Positions 49,081-59,589 of a stretch of DNA of 64,000 nucleotides are shown here, piece after piece. The notes under the pieces are model-generated. The model was not told the DNA's origin, made no database searches, and was given only the letters and a program-made list of their open reading frames with translations. The stretch comes from a virus. Every line of letters begins with the position of its first letter. Position 1 is the first letter of the stretch. Made by a program: the position numbers and the translations under genes. Location: the IMG/VR virus record IMGVR_UViG_3300046683_000929, positions 1-64,000 of that record. One strand, 5' to 3'.

Positions 49081-49887
49081 TTACGCTGTTTGAAGGTAAG
49101 CGCTCAAGTCTGTACGATATGGGCTATTTTGGTAATTGCTCAATATTTTTTGCATTGCAGCCTGACGTGACTGATCATTGAAGGTCTGCAACTGATCATA
49201 TGAGTTTGGAATATTTATATTGGGAATAGTTGCCTTGGATGGACCTTGTATGCGATCCGTAGGGCTTGACAAAGACGGATCTATTGCCGTAAGAACACTC
49301 CCATCGGGGCCTTGTTTAATAGGACTAACATTATCTTTATAAAGTTGGCTTGTCGAATAAGCCGAAGCTGCGCTCCCTAACGTATTTAAGCTATTATTCA
49401 TTTCGCCGGCAGCTTGTGCCTTTTGCCCAGCTATTGATTTTGCCTCATCAAGATATGGCTGATATTTATCCAGCACCCACTTTTGGGTTTTTTGATCAGC
49501 AAGATCTTTGTTCACCCCCATCAAATAACGAATGTTATCGACGTGTTGTTCTGAATCCTTTGCTGCGATAGCCATGTTATTCTTATCGTAGCTATCATAA
49601 AGATGACTGATACTATTTATACCACCACCGGTTTGAAGCAGCGCACCTATACTGGAGCCCAAACCACGATCCGCCTGGCTTTGGTAGTAATTTTTGGATG
49701 CTTGGGTCATTCCACCCTGTGCCAGCCCTTCAGCAAGGTTCTGATTTTTATAATACTCGTCCTGGATATTAAAAGTAGGGCGGATGTTTAATCTGGCACG
49801 ACGCTTTGCCGCAGCAGAATCATTGGCACTCTTTATTGCTTGATACCCTGCAATTCCGGCCAAAACTAAAGGAGCTACTATCGCCAT
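49081..49887 (-). CDS. Putative ejection/pilot protein
   Basis: Hydrophobic Gly/Ala N-terminus (MAIVAPLVLAGIAGYQ), typical of podovirus pilot proteins. Confidence 0.6.
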   Translation of the reverse strand: MAIVAPLVLAGIAGYQAIKSANDSAAAKRRARLNIRPTFNIQDEYYKNQNLAEGLAQGGMTQASKNYYQSQADRGLGSSIGALLQTGGGINSISHLYDSYDKNNMAIAAKDSEQHVDNIRYLMGVNKDLADQKTQKWVLDKYQPYLDEAKSIAGQKAQAAGEMNNSLNTLGSAASAYSTSQLYKDNVSPIKQGPDGSVLTAIDPSLSSPTDRIQGPSKATIPNINIPNSYDQLQTFNDQSRQAAMQKILSNYQNSPYRTDLSAYLQTA

Positions 49888-49889
49888 TT

Positions 49890-50339
49890 CTACCCTTTAT
49901 AATTAAACTTTAAAAGTATGCATTTACGTCCGTAATATTCAACTTTATTTTGGATAACAAACTCGTTCTTTATAAGATGATTAAGTGCCTTAACATTCCA
50001 TTCGTCAATGGCTATATAAATATCACTTTCAAATGAAGATTTGATCAAATCCCAGAATAATTTAACACATTCCGGGGTCCTAAAACCTTTCCTTAACAAG
50101 AACGCCTCCAGAACAGATACTTCGTTAATTGGTATTGCCTGGGCGAAATATCCGACCACCTGCCCATCATCATCTCTTACAGAATAAAAATACGTTGTCT
50201 TCCCAATATTATTGACAATGTCATTCACGCATGCTTCAAGTCCCCCTGGATAGTTTTTTATTAACTCCAAATCAAGCGCACATGAACTAAGAACGAATGG
50301 CCTTATATCTGTTTGTAATTCCTTTTTAAAGATCTCCAT
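49890..50339 (-). CDS. GNAT-fold acetyltransferase-like protein
   Basis: VVGYF, FLLRKGFR, N.KALNHLIKNEF motif-B-like segment; position before the ejection genes. Confidence 0.5.
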   Translation of the reverse strand: MEIFKKELQTDIRPFVLSSCALDLELIKNYPGGLEACVNDIVNNIGKTTYFYSVRDDDGQVVGYFAQAIPINEVSVLEAFLLRKGFRTPECVKLFWDLIKSSFESDIYIAIDEWNVKALNHLIKNEFVIQNKVEYYGRKCILLKFNYKG

Positions 50340-50341
50340 TC

Positions 50342-50707
50342 CTATATAAAATTGGCAGCGCCAATACTTCTGTTGTAATTGTTTTGTATTGATGACTGAA
50401 TCAAATCTGCCACTAATTTATCAAACTCTCCGGTTTGAAACTGCTTCCTTAAATAGGGGGCGCTGGCTGTCAAGGTCCCTTGATTTTCAAGCATAGTAAA
50501 ATACCCCATCAAAGTTCCGTCCGGCATTTCGATCTTATAGAAGACGCTGCCAGGCTGAATGTTTTTTATTTTTGACTCCACGCACAAATCTAAAGCCTTT
50601 CCGACATTAACGCCAAAAGTGCTCAATAGCGGAATATCATCGGAATACATGCCATATAATAGGGCCCTGTACTCATCAACTAAAACTTTATGCAACAGTC
50701 CTGGCAT
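50342..50707 (-). CDS. Hypothetical protein, weakly similar to the adjacent GNAT-like gene
   Basis: LMGYF and YLRKQFQT echo VVGYF and LLRKGFRT of the neighbour. Confidence 0.45.
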   Translation of the reverse strand: MPGLLHKVLVDEYRALLYGMYSDDIPLLSTFGVNVGKALDLCVESKIKNIQPGSVFYKIEMPDGTLMGYFTMLENQGTLTASAPYLRKQFQTGEFDKLVADLIQSSIQNNYNRSIGAANFI

Positions 50708-51011
50708 TTTTAGCTTTCTCCCTGTTAACTAATTTACGATACGCATTCTGAGCGTTTAATGCTGGAATGTATTTGCAGCCGGGCCGCGTTACAAACTCAA
50801 CATATTTTTTCCTATTGGTAAACAGAACTGCAGAATCTATTAATTCAACCGGCTGCACAATGCCGCCTGCAATATCAAGCTCAAATATCCTATGCCCTGG
50901 TTTAATATCGGTGATATCAATAGTACTGGTAACCTGTTTAATATTATCTACCTGGATAGATGTTTCCATCTTGTCCTGATAAACCTGCTCCATCATTAAT
51001 GCTTCTTTCAT
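50688..51011 (-). CDS. Hypothetical protein
   Basis: 107-aa ORF, C-terminal YIPALN..NA motif. Confidence 0.65.
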   Translation of the reverse strand: MKEALMMEQVYQDKMETSIQVDNIKQVTSTIDITDIKPGHRIFELDIAGGIVQPVELIDSAVLFTNRKKYVEFVTRPGCKYIPALNAQNAYRKLVNREKAKNARTVA

Positions 51012-51054
51012 TACAGTCTAAAATATTTTATTCTCCCGAATAAAAGTAGCCAAT

Positions 51055-54000
51055 TTATTTCGCCTTTTCAAACCCAATAAATTGCATAAATATTGCATCC
51101 ACCTCATTGTACTCGTTCATTCGCTCTAAGTCACGGACAAACCTTACGATACAATATTCGCCTGAGATCTTAGCGCCACCATCTAAAAGCATTGATACCA
51201 CTGGATGAAGAGTATCCGGGTAAGAAGACATATCCCGCAGCACCGATGCGTACCAGGAATTATTTTTCCGCCGCCAGTGCGACGCCGGTATATAGCTGAA
51301 CATGCGTGGGCGATTTGTCCTTATCCTATCCACAAAATATTTCAGGTCTGGACTTTGAACAATCAATGATTGATATGTTTTATCCTTATCTCCTGACGTA
51401 AATGGAATCTCAATAACCTGCGAATCCGAAACACCGTAGAATTGATTGAATGTATCAACATCTATGGAATTATGGAAGTAGGGGATGCCTGCCACAAAAC
51501 TAATTAGCTCGTTTCCAGTAAATGATTTACGGAGCGTTCCATAAAATTCAGGGACAAATGTTTGGAATTGTGTCCACCGTTTCTGATCGAGACTAAAGGT
51601 AAATGTTTCCGGGGCCGTATAAAGCACGCCGCGCTCTGTATTGGCAAAGTATTGAGCGTCGCTTGTTAATTCATTGCGCGGCCTGAAAGACACATGTAGC
51701 TCCTTCATTTTATAATCAAAGGCCATTGACTTATCAAATAGATTACGTACGTACTTATCAGCAGCCAATAGCTGATTGTGCTGCCTTATCAAAGTAAATT
51801 TATTCGTAAAGTATGATTTGTTATCGATGTTTGAAATATCAACAGCATTCTTATAATCCATAGCCACAATGGCTTCGTTTTTTCCGTCGATCCAGAATAC
51901 TACGCCATCCATGTCATTAATAACAACAGTGCCGGTGTCTTCAAGTGCACAACCGTACCGGTTATTTACTTTTTGAAATGGCTCCCCCAAAATCTGGTCT
52001 GGTGCTGGCACAATTAGTCCCTGATCAGAAACTTGTATTATATTTAAATCGTAATTGGCCATAAACCAATTATTCTCGCAAATAAATACAACCTGTTTAT
52101 TCTGCGCATGAATAGCCACTATGCCGCCCATATCATGCACCTTATACTCTTTTCTGTTGGTTCCCCGAAATCTGCCCAGTCCATTTATCCTGCCTTCGTT
52201 TACAAACTCATCTGATTTTATAACATCGCCGGGGTACCATTTTTGAACTGCTTGGCTATCCTTTACGAGTTTCCTGCCACAGCTGTCGCATCCCAAGCCA
52301 AAATAATCTGAAACAGATAAACTTGCAAAAGGATGTATAATGGCCTTTCCTGTACATTGCTTAATATGAAAGGCCCGGCTTTGATAATAGGTATCAAAAG
52401 TATCCAGGTTAAACACCTGAGCTGACAATCGATTATCTATGATCGGATAAGTTCCGATAATCTCACAATATCCATCAATCTGCGAAGTATCCTTTGGCGT
52501 TTGAATCTCGATCCAAAATCCGCAGCCGGCAAGTTCATTTGAATCGCTGCCATCTATGATATTATTTAAGGCAAGCAATCTTTTGTCAAATGGAATGATC
52601 AAAGTTTTACCATCGCCTGTATCTGTGGTTTTTGTAGTAGTGGTTGTAGTTGTGTTCGTCGCGGTATCTGTTTTTGCAATAGATAAAGAACCCTCTGGAA
52701 CGCTATCATTAAAGTTCGTGCCTAATACCAGGTAATCCATCAAGCCTCCGTTAGTCGGATCGAAAAGATTACCTTTGCCGTCATCATAAAACCTTACAAT
52801 GTCCCCTTTCGAGAACTGATACGTAGCGGTAGTAGAAAAGTTATTGTTTGTGTTGAAATCCAACAAGGACTGAATGGTGATACGGGCCCTTATTGCACCG
52901 GCACCAGTATTCGTAACTTCCCCATCCTTATCCAAAAACTCTATCTTATCACCTACCCACTGAATGTATTTTTGAAGCTTTTTATTTTTAGTTCTGAAAA
53001 AAGTAATGTATCTAGATGCATCATCGAAGACGATATCATTAAGCAATTCAACCTGCAGTCCAGGCAGCGTTATGCTTTTCTTTTCCATAAACGTAGGCAC
53101 GTCTACCGAATTAAATTCCTGTATAAAGGTTGCCCGCCCAGCCAAATCAAAGACTGCACAGCCCACGCCATAACTCCCTCCATCCTTTAATGAATTTGAG
53201 GCGTCAACTACGGTTTTCATATTAACATTAAACTCAACGGGATATATTCTTGGCAAACATTTTACACACGGAGCCAATAACATATCGTAATTAAATATGG
53301 TGCCGCAGCTTTCATTGTCTGGAATAATAAAGCAGCCATTACTGTTACCTGAATTAATATAAATCCTATCTTTTCTATCACCCAGAGATCCCTCATGTAC
53401 TATTAATTCATATGAACCATCGGTAGAAGAATAGGTTGTCGCACCACGCGTACTTGTAACCCCTACGCCAGAATAACCCAGTCCGGAAATTTGATTAATA
53501 ATTTTACCCCTTATTTTAACTCGGTTACATTCCCCAAAGCCTCCCAGATTATCAAATAAGGACACATTGTACCTTGCATAGATAGTTACGTTTTTTCTGT
53601 TTATATGCGTTTCAGCTATTTTAGCGAAGGCGTTGCAATTTGCTATTCCGCTAAATATTACTTCCCCATTCATTGCGTGACGTGCACCCATGTAAAGAAA
53701 ATAAAAACCATTATGATCGGTTGTGAAACCATATCTTAAATATTGTGGCTGTCCATCATATCCATTCGGCTTTGAAATATAGCCCAAGTTCTCAATAGGT
53801 ACTGAGTTACCTTCCTTTTCGTAGACATAGCCATCAATAAACCGAATGTCCTTTCTTACTATTATTCCTTTTCCAAAAAGTCGTTGTGGAGCATATATGT
53901 AGAAATAGTTTTTATCTGGCGTAGTTAAGGAATCCCAATCCGAATTGCAAACATTGATTTCCATCTCCTTATCGACAGTGTCCAGCCTGCGATTTATCCT

Positions 54001-55770
54001 TCCTATTTCATTAGGATCGGTACCAGTTAAATCAACTCCTGAAACTCCATTTATTTTTACTTTACTCACAAGGCCCATCACCCACGTGGATGTTTTCTCA
54101 TATTCTGATTTATAATTGGCTTTGTGGCTGCATATTCTTGCTATGTATTTACCGGCCGGCACTATGAATTCAAATTTATGTAATACATAACCCAGTACAC
54201 TTGCCGCATTTTTTATCAATGCTACTTGATCCCCTTTTTTTGCATCAACAACATCAATATTTAACAACGACCCATCGGAATTCATAATGCATTGAGTGCT
54301 TACCGCTGTATATGGCGTACCTGCTAAATATGCTTGAAAGCCAGTATTTCCATCTATGAAATTTGCATTAAAAAAATCAGCATCTGGATGACTCAGCGTA
54401 ATGTCCTGTGGTATATTTGATCCATTTGGAAAAGAATATAATACACCGCCAAATCGCACCTGGTCTTCCCCGTCTTTCCAGTTAAATTGGTTATAACTAC
54501 CATCCATTGCTACATAGGCATAAATAGTTATCTTCCTGGTTTTAACAAGCGTATCCACCGATGCATCTACGACGGAAGCTTTAAATTTTGATATGTCCAG
54601 CTTCGGAAGGTTATTGTAATTATAAAGATTATCTCCAAGTATTATCGAATCGCCGGCGGCGCTCATTCCGATAGATATCAATGGTAAATCACTCTGAAAG
54701 GAATTAAAATCATCCTGGTCCACAATATCCAGCTGCCTATCGCCACATATTTGATAAGATATGGTATTATCTACTTCATTGTATGAGTAATCGGCCCATT
54801 GGTCTTCCCTCAGCCAATAGGAATTATTTGTTGGGCCAGTGCCAAAGCGCTCAATAATATCATAAAGATACCAGTCTGCACCACAGGGTTTCAGGAAAAC
54901 CTTTATCCTTTCAACCAGCGCAGATCCAGCATTAAACTTTGCAGTATAACACCGTGGTTGGTTTGTGTTATTTGGATCGCAAACGTTTTGTTTTAACGCT
55001 ATGGGGCTGCTATAGGGACTCGATGTGGTTGGTCGCCCATCAGTTAAAACATACTGGTAAGCCACCTGGATGCTTTTATCTATAAAATAGTTTGGCTTTC
55101 CAAAATCGGAAGGAACCGGCGGCACAGGGGATAGTTCCGGCGCGAACATCGGCGGACGAACGGCAAGTTGTAAAAGTTCTTCCCTGTCAAAATGTGGTGG
55201 GCGCAATTTCCAATATGGAAAGTCATCTGGATTGAATCCATTGCTTTTTACCGCAGCCTCCACATTAATAAATCCCTGCCATTGATTTCCATCGGTATAT
55301 ATCAATGCTTTTTCATCAATTAACCTGGTATGGCTTGCATCCCTTTTATAGGTTACCCGGATAGATATTCTGTGAGCAGGTATTTTAAATGCAGGGTTAT
55401 TGCTGAAATTCAATTTTGGATCAATGATAATAATGTCCGGCTTTAACGTTACCCCGTCGATACGATACCAGCCATGCATATTATTTGAATTCCAGTTCGC
55501 AAAATAAATCTCATTGGTTTCTTCGCATTCATAAACCCCAATGGTCAAGTTATCTCCGGCAGGCAACGTAATTAAAGCGTATTTCTTATTGGCCCGGTTT
55601 GGGGTGCCCTTGCCGAAATTACCTCCCTCAACCGGCGCACCCTCGGTTTTATTGGCATTGAACGTCGTCCTGTAATTTTTTAGATATAGCGCTTCATTTT
55701 CAGTTAGAAATTTTGCACTCCTATCCGTAACTACATATAGTGGTTTGTTCTTTGCTATTTGCTGGGCCAT
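51055..55770 (-). CDS. Tail stabilisation/nozzle (muzzle)-like protein
   Basis: 1571 aa, beta-propeller-like N- and C-terminal regions (TFTFS....WTQF.TFVPE, ISGEY); follows the ring-like genes as in crAss-like podoviruses. Confidence 0.6.
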   Translation of the reverse strand: MAQQIAKNKPLYVVTDRSAKFLTENEALYLKNYRTTFNANKTEGAPVEGGNFGKGTPNRANKKYALITLPAGDNLTIGVYECEETNEIYFANWNSNNMHGWYRIDGVTLKPDIIIIDPKLNFSNNPAFKIPAHRISIRVTYKRDASHTRLIDEKALIYTDGNQWQGFINVEAAVKSNGFNPDDFPYWKLRPPHFDREELLQLAVRPPMFAPELSPVPPVPSDFGKPNYFIDKSIQVAYQYVLTDGRPTTSSPYSSPIALKQNVCDPNNTNQPRCYTAKFNAGSALVERIKVFLKPCGADWYLYDIIERFGTGPTNNSYWLREDQWADYSYNEVDNTISYQICGDRQLDIVDQDDFNSFQSDLPLISIGMSAAGDSIILGDNLYNYNNLPKLDISKFKASVVDASVDTLVKTRKITIYAYVAMDGSYNQFNWKDGEDQVRFGGVLYSFPNGSNIPQDITLSHPDADFFNANFIDGNTGFQAYLAGTPYTAVSTQCIMNSDGSLLNIDVVDAKKGDQVALIKNAASVLGYVLHKFEFIVPAGKYIARICSHKANYKSEYEKTSTWVMGLVSKVKINGVSGVDLTGTDPNEIGRINRRLDTVDKEMEINVCNSDWDSLTTPDKNYFYIYAPQRLFGKGIIVRKDIRFIDGYVYEKEGNSVPIENLGYISKPNGYDGQPQYLRYGFTTDHNGFYFLYMGARHAMNGEVIFSGIANCNAFAKIAETHINRKNVTIYARYNVSLFDNLGGFGECNRVKIRGKIINQISGLGYSGVGVTSTRGATTYSSTDGSYELIVHEGSLGDRKDRIYINSGNSNGCFIIPDNESCGTIFNYDMLLAPCVKCLPRIYPVEFNVNMKTVVDASNSLKDGGSYGVGCAVFDLAGRATFIQEFNSVDVPTFMEKKSITLPGLQVELLNDIVFDDASRYITFFRTKNKKLQKYIQWVGDKIEFLDKDGEVTNTGAGAIRARITIQSLLDFNTNNNFSTTATYQFSKGDIVRFYDDGKGNLFDPTNGGLMDYLVLGTNFNDSVPEGSLSIAKTDTATNTTTTTTTKTTDTGDGKTLIIPFDKRLLALNNIIDGSDSNELAGCGFWIEIQTPKDTSQIDGYCEIIGTYPIIDNRLSAQVFNLDTFDTYYQSRAFHIKQCTGKAIIHPFASLSVSDYFGLGCDSCGRKLVKDSQAVQKWYPGDVIKSDEFVNEGRINGLGRFRGTNRKEYKVHDMGGIVAIHAQNKQVVFICENNWFMANYDLNIIQVSDQGLIVPAPDQILGEPFQKVNNRYGCALEDTGTVVINDMDGVVFWIDGKNEAIVAMDYKNAVDISNIDNKSYFTNKFTLIRQHNQLLAADKYVRNLFDKSMAFDYKMKELHVSFRPRNELTSDAQYFANTERGVLYTAPETFTFSLDQKRWTQFQTFVPEFYGTLRKSFTGNELISFVAGIPYFHNSIDVDTFNQFYGVSDSQVIEIPFTSGDKDKTYQSLIVQSPDLKYFVDRIRTNRPRMFSYIPASHWRRKNNSWYASVLRDMSSYPDTLHPVVSMLLDGGAKISGEYCIVRFVRDLERMNEYNEVDAIFMQFIGFEKAK

Positions 55771-56840
55771 TATTGGTAGCTTTTATTGAAGTGGTCTCTG
55801 TTGTGGTCAAAGTAAATGCTCTGGGTAGAATTACGGGCAAAATAATACTCGTAAAATTCATTCAGCATGCATGCAGACATCTTGTCGCGAAGGGCCCGGA
55901 TAGCGTCGGTATATCTTTTCTTCCACTTGTTAATATTTCCCTGGGTCTCCTTTTTATCATAATCAGCAACCTCGAACTTAATACCGGCCATGAGCGCCTT
56001 TTTAGCCATTCTTGGAACCAGAATATCCTTGGTTTTTTCAAATGCGTAATAACGAAGCAAAACCTTGTCAAAAGGGAAATTAGACGGAAATATTATCCGC
56101 CTTCCATCGTTTGAAATATTATAAGTTTGGGACCGGGGATAGTATCGTGGCGACGGGCAACCCCATTCACATACCATGTCAATTTCCGGATGAAGCACCA
56201 TGTTACTTGCATGCTTATCCCATAATGAGCGATTGTGCGGATTGTCTTTGACACAGCCGCACTCTTTTATATCCAGCCTACATAATAAAGTTTCAGTGGT
56301 TTCTAAAACAGTTGAAGTATGTACCCTGTCTGTATATACCGCAGTTGGCTCATTAACCTGGACAAAAACAGAACCATCCTTTGCTATGCGCTTCCGAATG
56401 GTTTTTGTAAAGTATTGACGGGAGTCGTCCGGCATGATAGCCTCGACCTGCTCTTCGATCCCCTCATACTGGCGCTGATAGTTACACAATGCATCGGTGC
56501 ACTCGCATTCACAATCCTTGTCCAGCCCCTGGTCAACAATGTCGTCGTTGATTTCTGAATTGAACACCAACGGCTCAATTCTGCCATCGCGATTAATTAC
56601 AGATATGGTGGAAAATTTGTAATAATTATCGGGCAATACTATTCCATTTAAACGCCGGTCTAAAGTAAATAAGACGCGCTTCGTTTGTTTAATAGCCGAA
56701 AGGTTAAGTTCTGAAAAAACCTCTTTCGCCACTTCAAGATAGCGCCAGCGATAATTGCCAGTGACATCGCCTTCCCGGCTTAATATCGACTGCACAACCT
56801 CGTCAATGGTTTGAAATTGCCCGCTGTTAAAATCTTCCAT
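55770..56840 (-). CDS. Tail ring/tubular protein-like
   Basis: IVLPDNYYKFSTI, VLLRYY, Cys-rich insert; synteny. Confidence 0.55.
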   Translation of the reverse strand: MEDFNSGQFQTIDEVVQSILSREGDVTGNYRWRYLEVAKEVFSELNLSAIKQTKRVLFTLDRRLNGIVLPDNYYKFSTISVINRDGRIEPLVFNSEINDDIVDQGLDKDCECECTDALCNYQRQYEGIEEQVEAIMPDDSRQYFTKTIRKRIAKDGSVFVQVNEPTAVYTDRVHTSTVLETTETLLCRLDIKECGCVKDNPHNRSLWDKHASNMVLHPEIDMVCEWGCPSPRYYPRSQTYNISNDGRRIIFPSNFPFDKVLLRYYAFEKTKDILVPRMAKKALMAGIKFEVADYDKKETQGNINKWKKRYTDAIRALRDKMSACMLNEFYEYYFARNSTQSIYFDHNRDHFNKSYQ

Positions 56841-56848
56841 TTGAATTG

Positions 56849-57061
56849 TTATTGCGCGGGAGCACCCTGCGCTCCTGCAGATATTGCTTCAGCAAGAAGC
56901 TTCATTACAGACTGGCAGTCCCCAGCCTGTATAAACTGTGCTATCTGTGCAACAGCTTGTCCCGGAATCATAAGGTCCTGCATAGCCCCCTGTGGGGCAG
57001 CTGCCTCGGCACCTGCTTCCGGATCGCCGCCATTGTATTCCCGTTGAATATTAACTGCCAT
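56849..57061 (-). CDS. Small Ala/Gln-rich protein
   Basis: 70-aa ORF packed in the operon. Confidence 0.55.
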   Translation of the reverse strand: MAVNIQREYNGGDPEAGAEAAAPQGAMQDLMIPGQAVAQIAQFIQAGDCQSVMKLLAEAISAGAQGAPAQ

Positions 57062-57063
57062 TG

Positions 57064-57726
57064 TTATAGTGTTTGAGGTGAACTAATTTTTGAATTCATA
57101 GCCTGAACTACAGGGCTGCTATCGTCGCGCATGTCAACGGGCTTATCAATAACCCGCAGCACGACCAAAAGTACGTAATTAATAATCTCCCAAACGACAT
57201 CTTCCGTGATATCTATATCGTCGTTGTCAAGAATGGCGACCATTTCCACCATTGAAACAGAATCATCTCCGAAAACCCTTATTTGATCTGCATATGCTAT
57301 ATAAATCATAGCGCCAGTATCTTCCAGAAATTCGGTTGTGCAATATAGATGTTCAGAGCCCGCAGGCGCTTTTGTAAAATTCCGATTGTAGTTTATTTTC
57401 CCTTCAGCATCAATAGCAGTCATTCGGAGTATGCCATCGCCATCTGGCATCCGCAGGATTTTATCGTTATCATAATCAAACTCTACGGTTTTACGCCCCC
57501 TGGCATCTTTGATAACTTTATATTCTCCAGGCTTTGAATTGGCAGTCAAAAAATGATAGATACTTTCACTTCGCTGCTTTTCGTCAAAATAGAATTTACG
57601 CAGCACAGAGCCCTTGGCAGCTTTACACATCTGGAGGAAATCCCTACGGTCAAGCTTCTTGCTGGATCTTATAACACCATTGTTATACAGCCCATTAAGA
57701 ACATCTGCTACTACTATAATTTTCAT
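57064..57726 (-). CDS. Tail ring protein-like
   Basis: Helical ends with a beta core, C-terminal P.D..DD motif; synteny. Confidence 0.45.
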   Translation of the reverse strand: MKIIVVADVLNGLYNNGVIRSSKKLDRRDFLQMCKAAKGSVLRKFYFDEKQRSESIYHFLTANSKPGEYKVIKDARGRKTVEFDYDNDKILRMPDGDGILRMTAIDAEGKINYNRNFTKAPAGSEHLYCTTEFLEDTGAMIYIAYADQIRVFGDDSVSMVEMVAILDNDDIDITEDVVWEIINYVLLVVLRVIDKPVDMRDDSSPVVQAMNSKISSPQTL

Positions 57727-58352
57727 TTGCGGGGCTTATATAACAAGTAATTAAGGTACGATAAGCAAAACACATTTGCAATCCAAATCGCCATTATTTT
57801 TATATTGATTATTAAAAGAAAATTAGAATCTATTCCAAAAATCAAAGTGGCTGGAATTAAAAACGTAAATATGCTCCAGAACGAAGCCATGCAAACAACG
57901 CAGGTGATAATTGGCTTGCGCAGGTATTTTGAAAATTTATAAACAGTTTCGTAACGATAAAAACTAACCGTATTTGAATGCTGATCATATTCAGTTTCCG
58001 CATTTAGATAAGCTGTTGCCCAAAGCTTCAGCGCATCCACCAGGGCAAACTCTTCATGGAAAACAAATGTATAGGCTCCCAGCGCATCGTTTTTAATTAT
58101 AACTCCTTTTTTATAATACGTCGCCATCGGGTTATATTTCAATAGCTGTTCCCCAGTAAAGTAAATTTTTTCTGCCGTGTTCTGGTTTAAAAATTTATAC
58201 AGTGGATAAAGAATCATTTCACTATCCGCATGTTTTCCATCGGGCAGTATATCCGTTCTCCCATAGGCTGATATATAAATCCCATTTATTAATAATGCCT
58301 GGGGGAATAGATAAACTAAAAATAAGAGAATTGCGATCAATAAATCTATCAT
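57723..58352 (-). CDS. Membrane protein with CxxC (DUF1360-like)
   Basis: KPIITCVVCMASFWS preceding TM helices. Confidence 0.55.
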   Translation of the reverse strand: MIDLLIAILLFLVYLFPQALLINGIYISAYGRTDILPDGKHADSEMILYPLYKFLNQNTAEKIYFTGEQLLKYNPMATYYKKGVIIKNDALGAYTFVFHEEFALVDALKLWATAYLNAETEYDQHSNTVSFYRYETVYKFSKYLRKPIITCVVCMASFWSIFTFLIPATLIFGIDSNFLLIINIKIMAIWIANVFCLSYLNYLLYKPRK

Positions 58353-58819
58353 TTTAATGGCTGCTTTAAATACCCTTCATTGCCCTGCTTTTTCAATTCA
58401 TTGAGCTTTACCCGAAGCATGTCTGAATCATTTTCGCCAAACAAAGGAACTTCTCCTGCCCCTACAAGATTCCTTTTTAGAATATCATTTATAGCCGGAT
58501 CGTCTTTTGCCATTAATAACTCCATGTCTCCAGCATCTATTTTACCAGAAGGATACGTTCTGTAATATGGATGCGTGTTTTGGTCTGGCACTTTCTTTGC
58601 CCAACCACCATACCAATCAGCATAGGAATCAAAACTCATCCATGCCATTCCTGATTTGTTGGCTTTATCCATGTCTGCCTTTGTTATTTTTACGCCATGC
58701 TTCCCGATTACGACATTAGGGTCATCTGTTTTTTTATAATTAGGCGAAGTGGATGGAGCACCTGGCTCGGTTATAGGCCTTTTTAGTAGCGCTTTTTCAT
58801 AATATTCCTTTGTAAGCAT
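58349..58819 (-). CDS. Hypothetical protein
   Basis: Likely start is MLTKEYY, after the upstream stop. Confidence 0.6.
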   Translation of the reverse strand: MLTKEYYEKALLKRPITEPGAPSTSPNYKKTDDPNVVIGKHGVKITKADMDKANKSGMAWMSFDSYADWYGGWAKKVPDQNTHPYYRTYPSGKIDAGDMELLMAKDDPAINDILKRNLVGAGEVPLFGENDSDMLRVKLNELKKQGNEGYLKQPLK

Positions 58820-58829
58820 AACTAAAATT

Positions 58830-59588
58830 TTAGAATAATCCTTCTTTTTTGAGAACGGCCATAGCATTACCAAGCTCACCATCACGAACATACATCGCAT
58901 ATAAAGTATTCATTGCTTTAAATAGCAAATCATCTGCATTAGTTCGCCATTCCGTTTCTACCGCACCTGGCATAGCTGGATCATAGTAATAACTATCATC
59001 TGTATTTACCCCATAGCCATATCTGTATATTTTAGGCTGGCGGATGTAATGTAATTCAATGAATGGTATATCATAGGGGCATACCTTAATGAAATCTGAT
59101 TCAAAGATACACCCGATAGGAAATTCAAATGTTGGCGTTTTATAGGAGTGGTTGGTTATGTCGCTATACTCATCTTCCTCAACCATATCAACATCCCAGG
59201 ATATTGCCTTACTTTTTTCCTGGGCATCCATTAACTGTTCTTTTGTAGGTGCTTTGTCCGGATCAAGCCCATCAATGACCATGCATTCCTTGAAGTCTTT
59301 TTTTACAAAAATACTAGCCCCAGCATAATGACGATAATCATCCGGCAATTCTGCCTTTCCAAACTTGACCGGCAAAAGAACTTGTTTTAAATACGGGCGA
59401 AGCAGATCCTTAATATATTGATTCTCTCCGAACACCTTTACTCCCTCAGTCAAGATAAACGAAGTCACAGCATTATAATGCGTATCAAACACGTTTGGCG
59501 GATAATACTGATTTTGCTCGGCATTAGCCTGGGCCAAAACCTGCCTTAACGTTCTGTCAAGTGTTTGATCGTTGGTTTTTGCTGCCAT
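58830..59588 (-). CDS. Tail ring/adaptor protein-like
   Basis: LPDDYRH, ELHYIRQP, Y..P..F motifs resembling Bacteroidota podovirus ring proteins. Confidence 0.55.
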   Translation of the reverse strand: MAAKTNDQTLDRTLRQVLAQANAEQNQYYPPNVFDTHYNAVTSFILTEGVKVFGENQYIKDLLRPYLKQVLLPVKFGKAELPDDYRHYAGASIFVKKDFKECMVIDGLDPDKAPTKEQLMDAQEKSKAISWDVDMVEEDEYSDITNHSYKTPTFEFPIGCIFESDFIKVCPYDIPFIELHYIRQPKIYRYGYGVNTDDSYYYDPAMPGAVETEWRTNADDLLFKAMNTLYAMYVRDGELGNAMAVLKKEGLF

Positions 59589-59589
59589 A

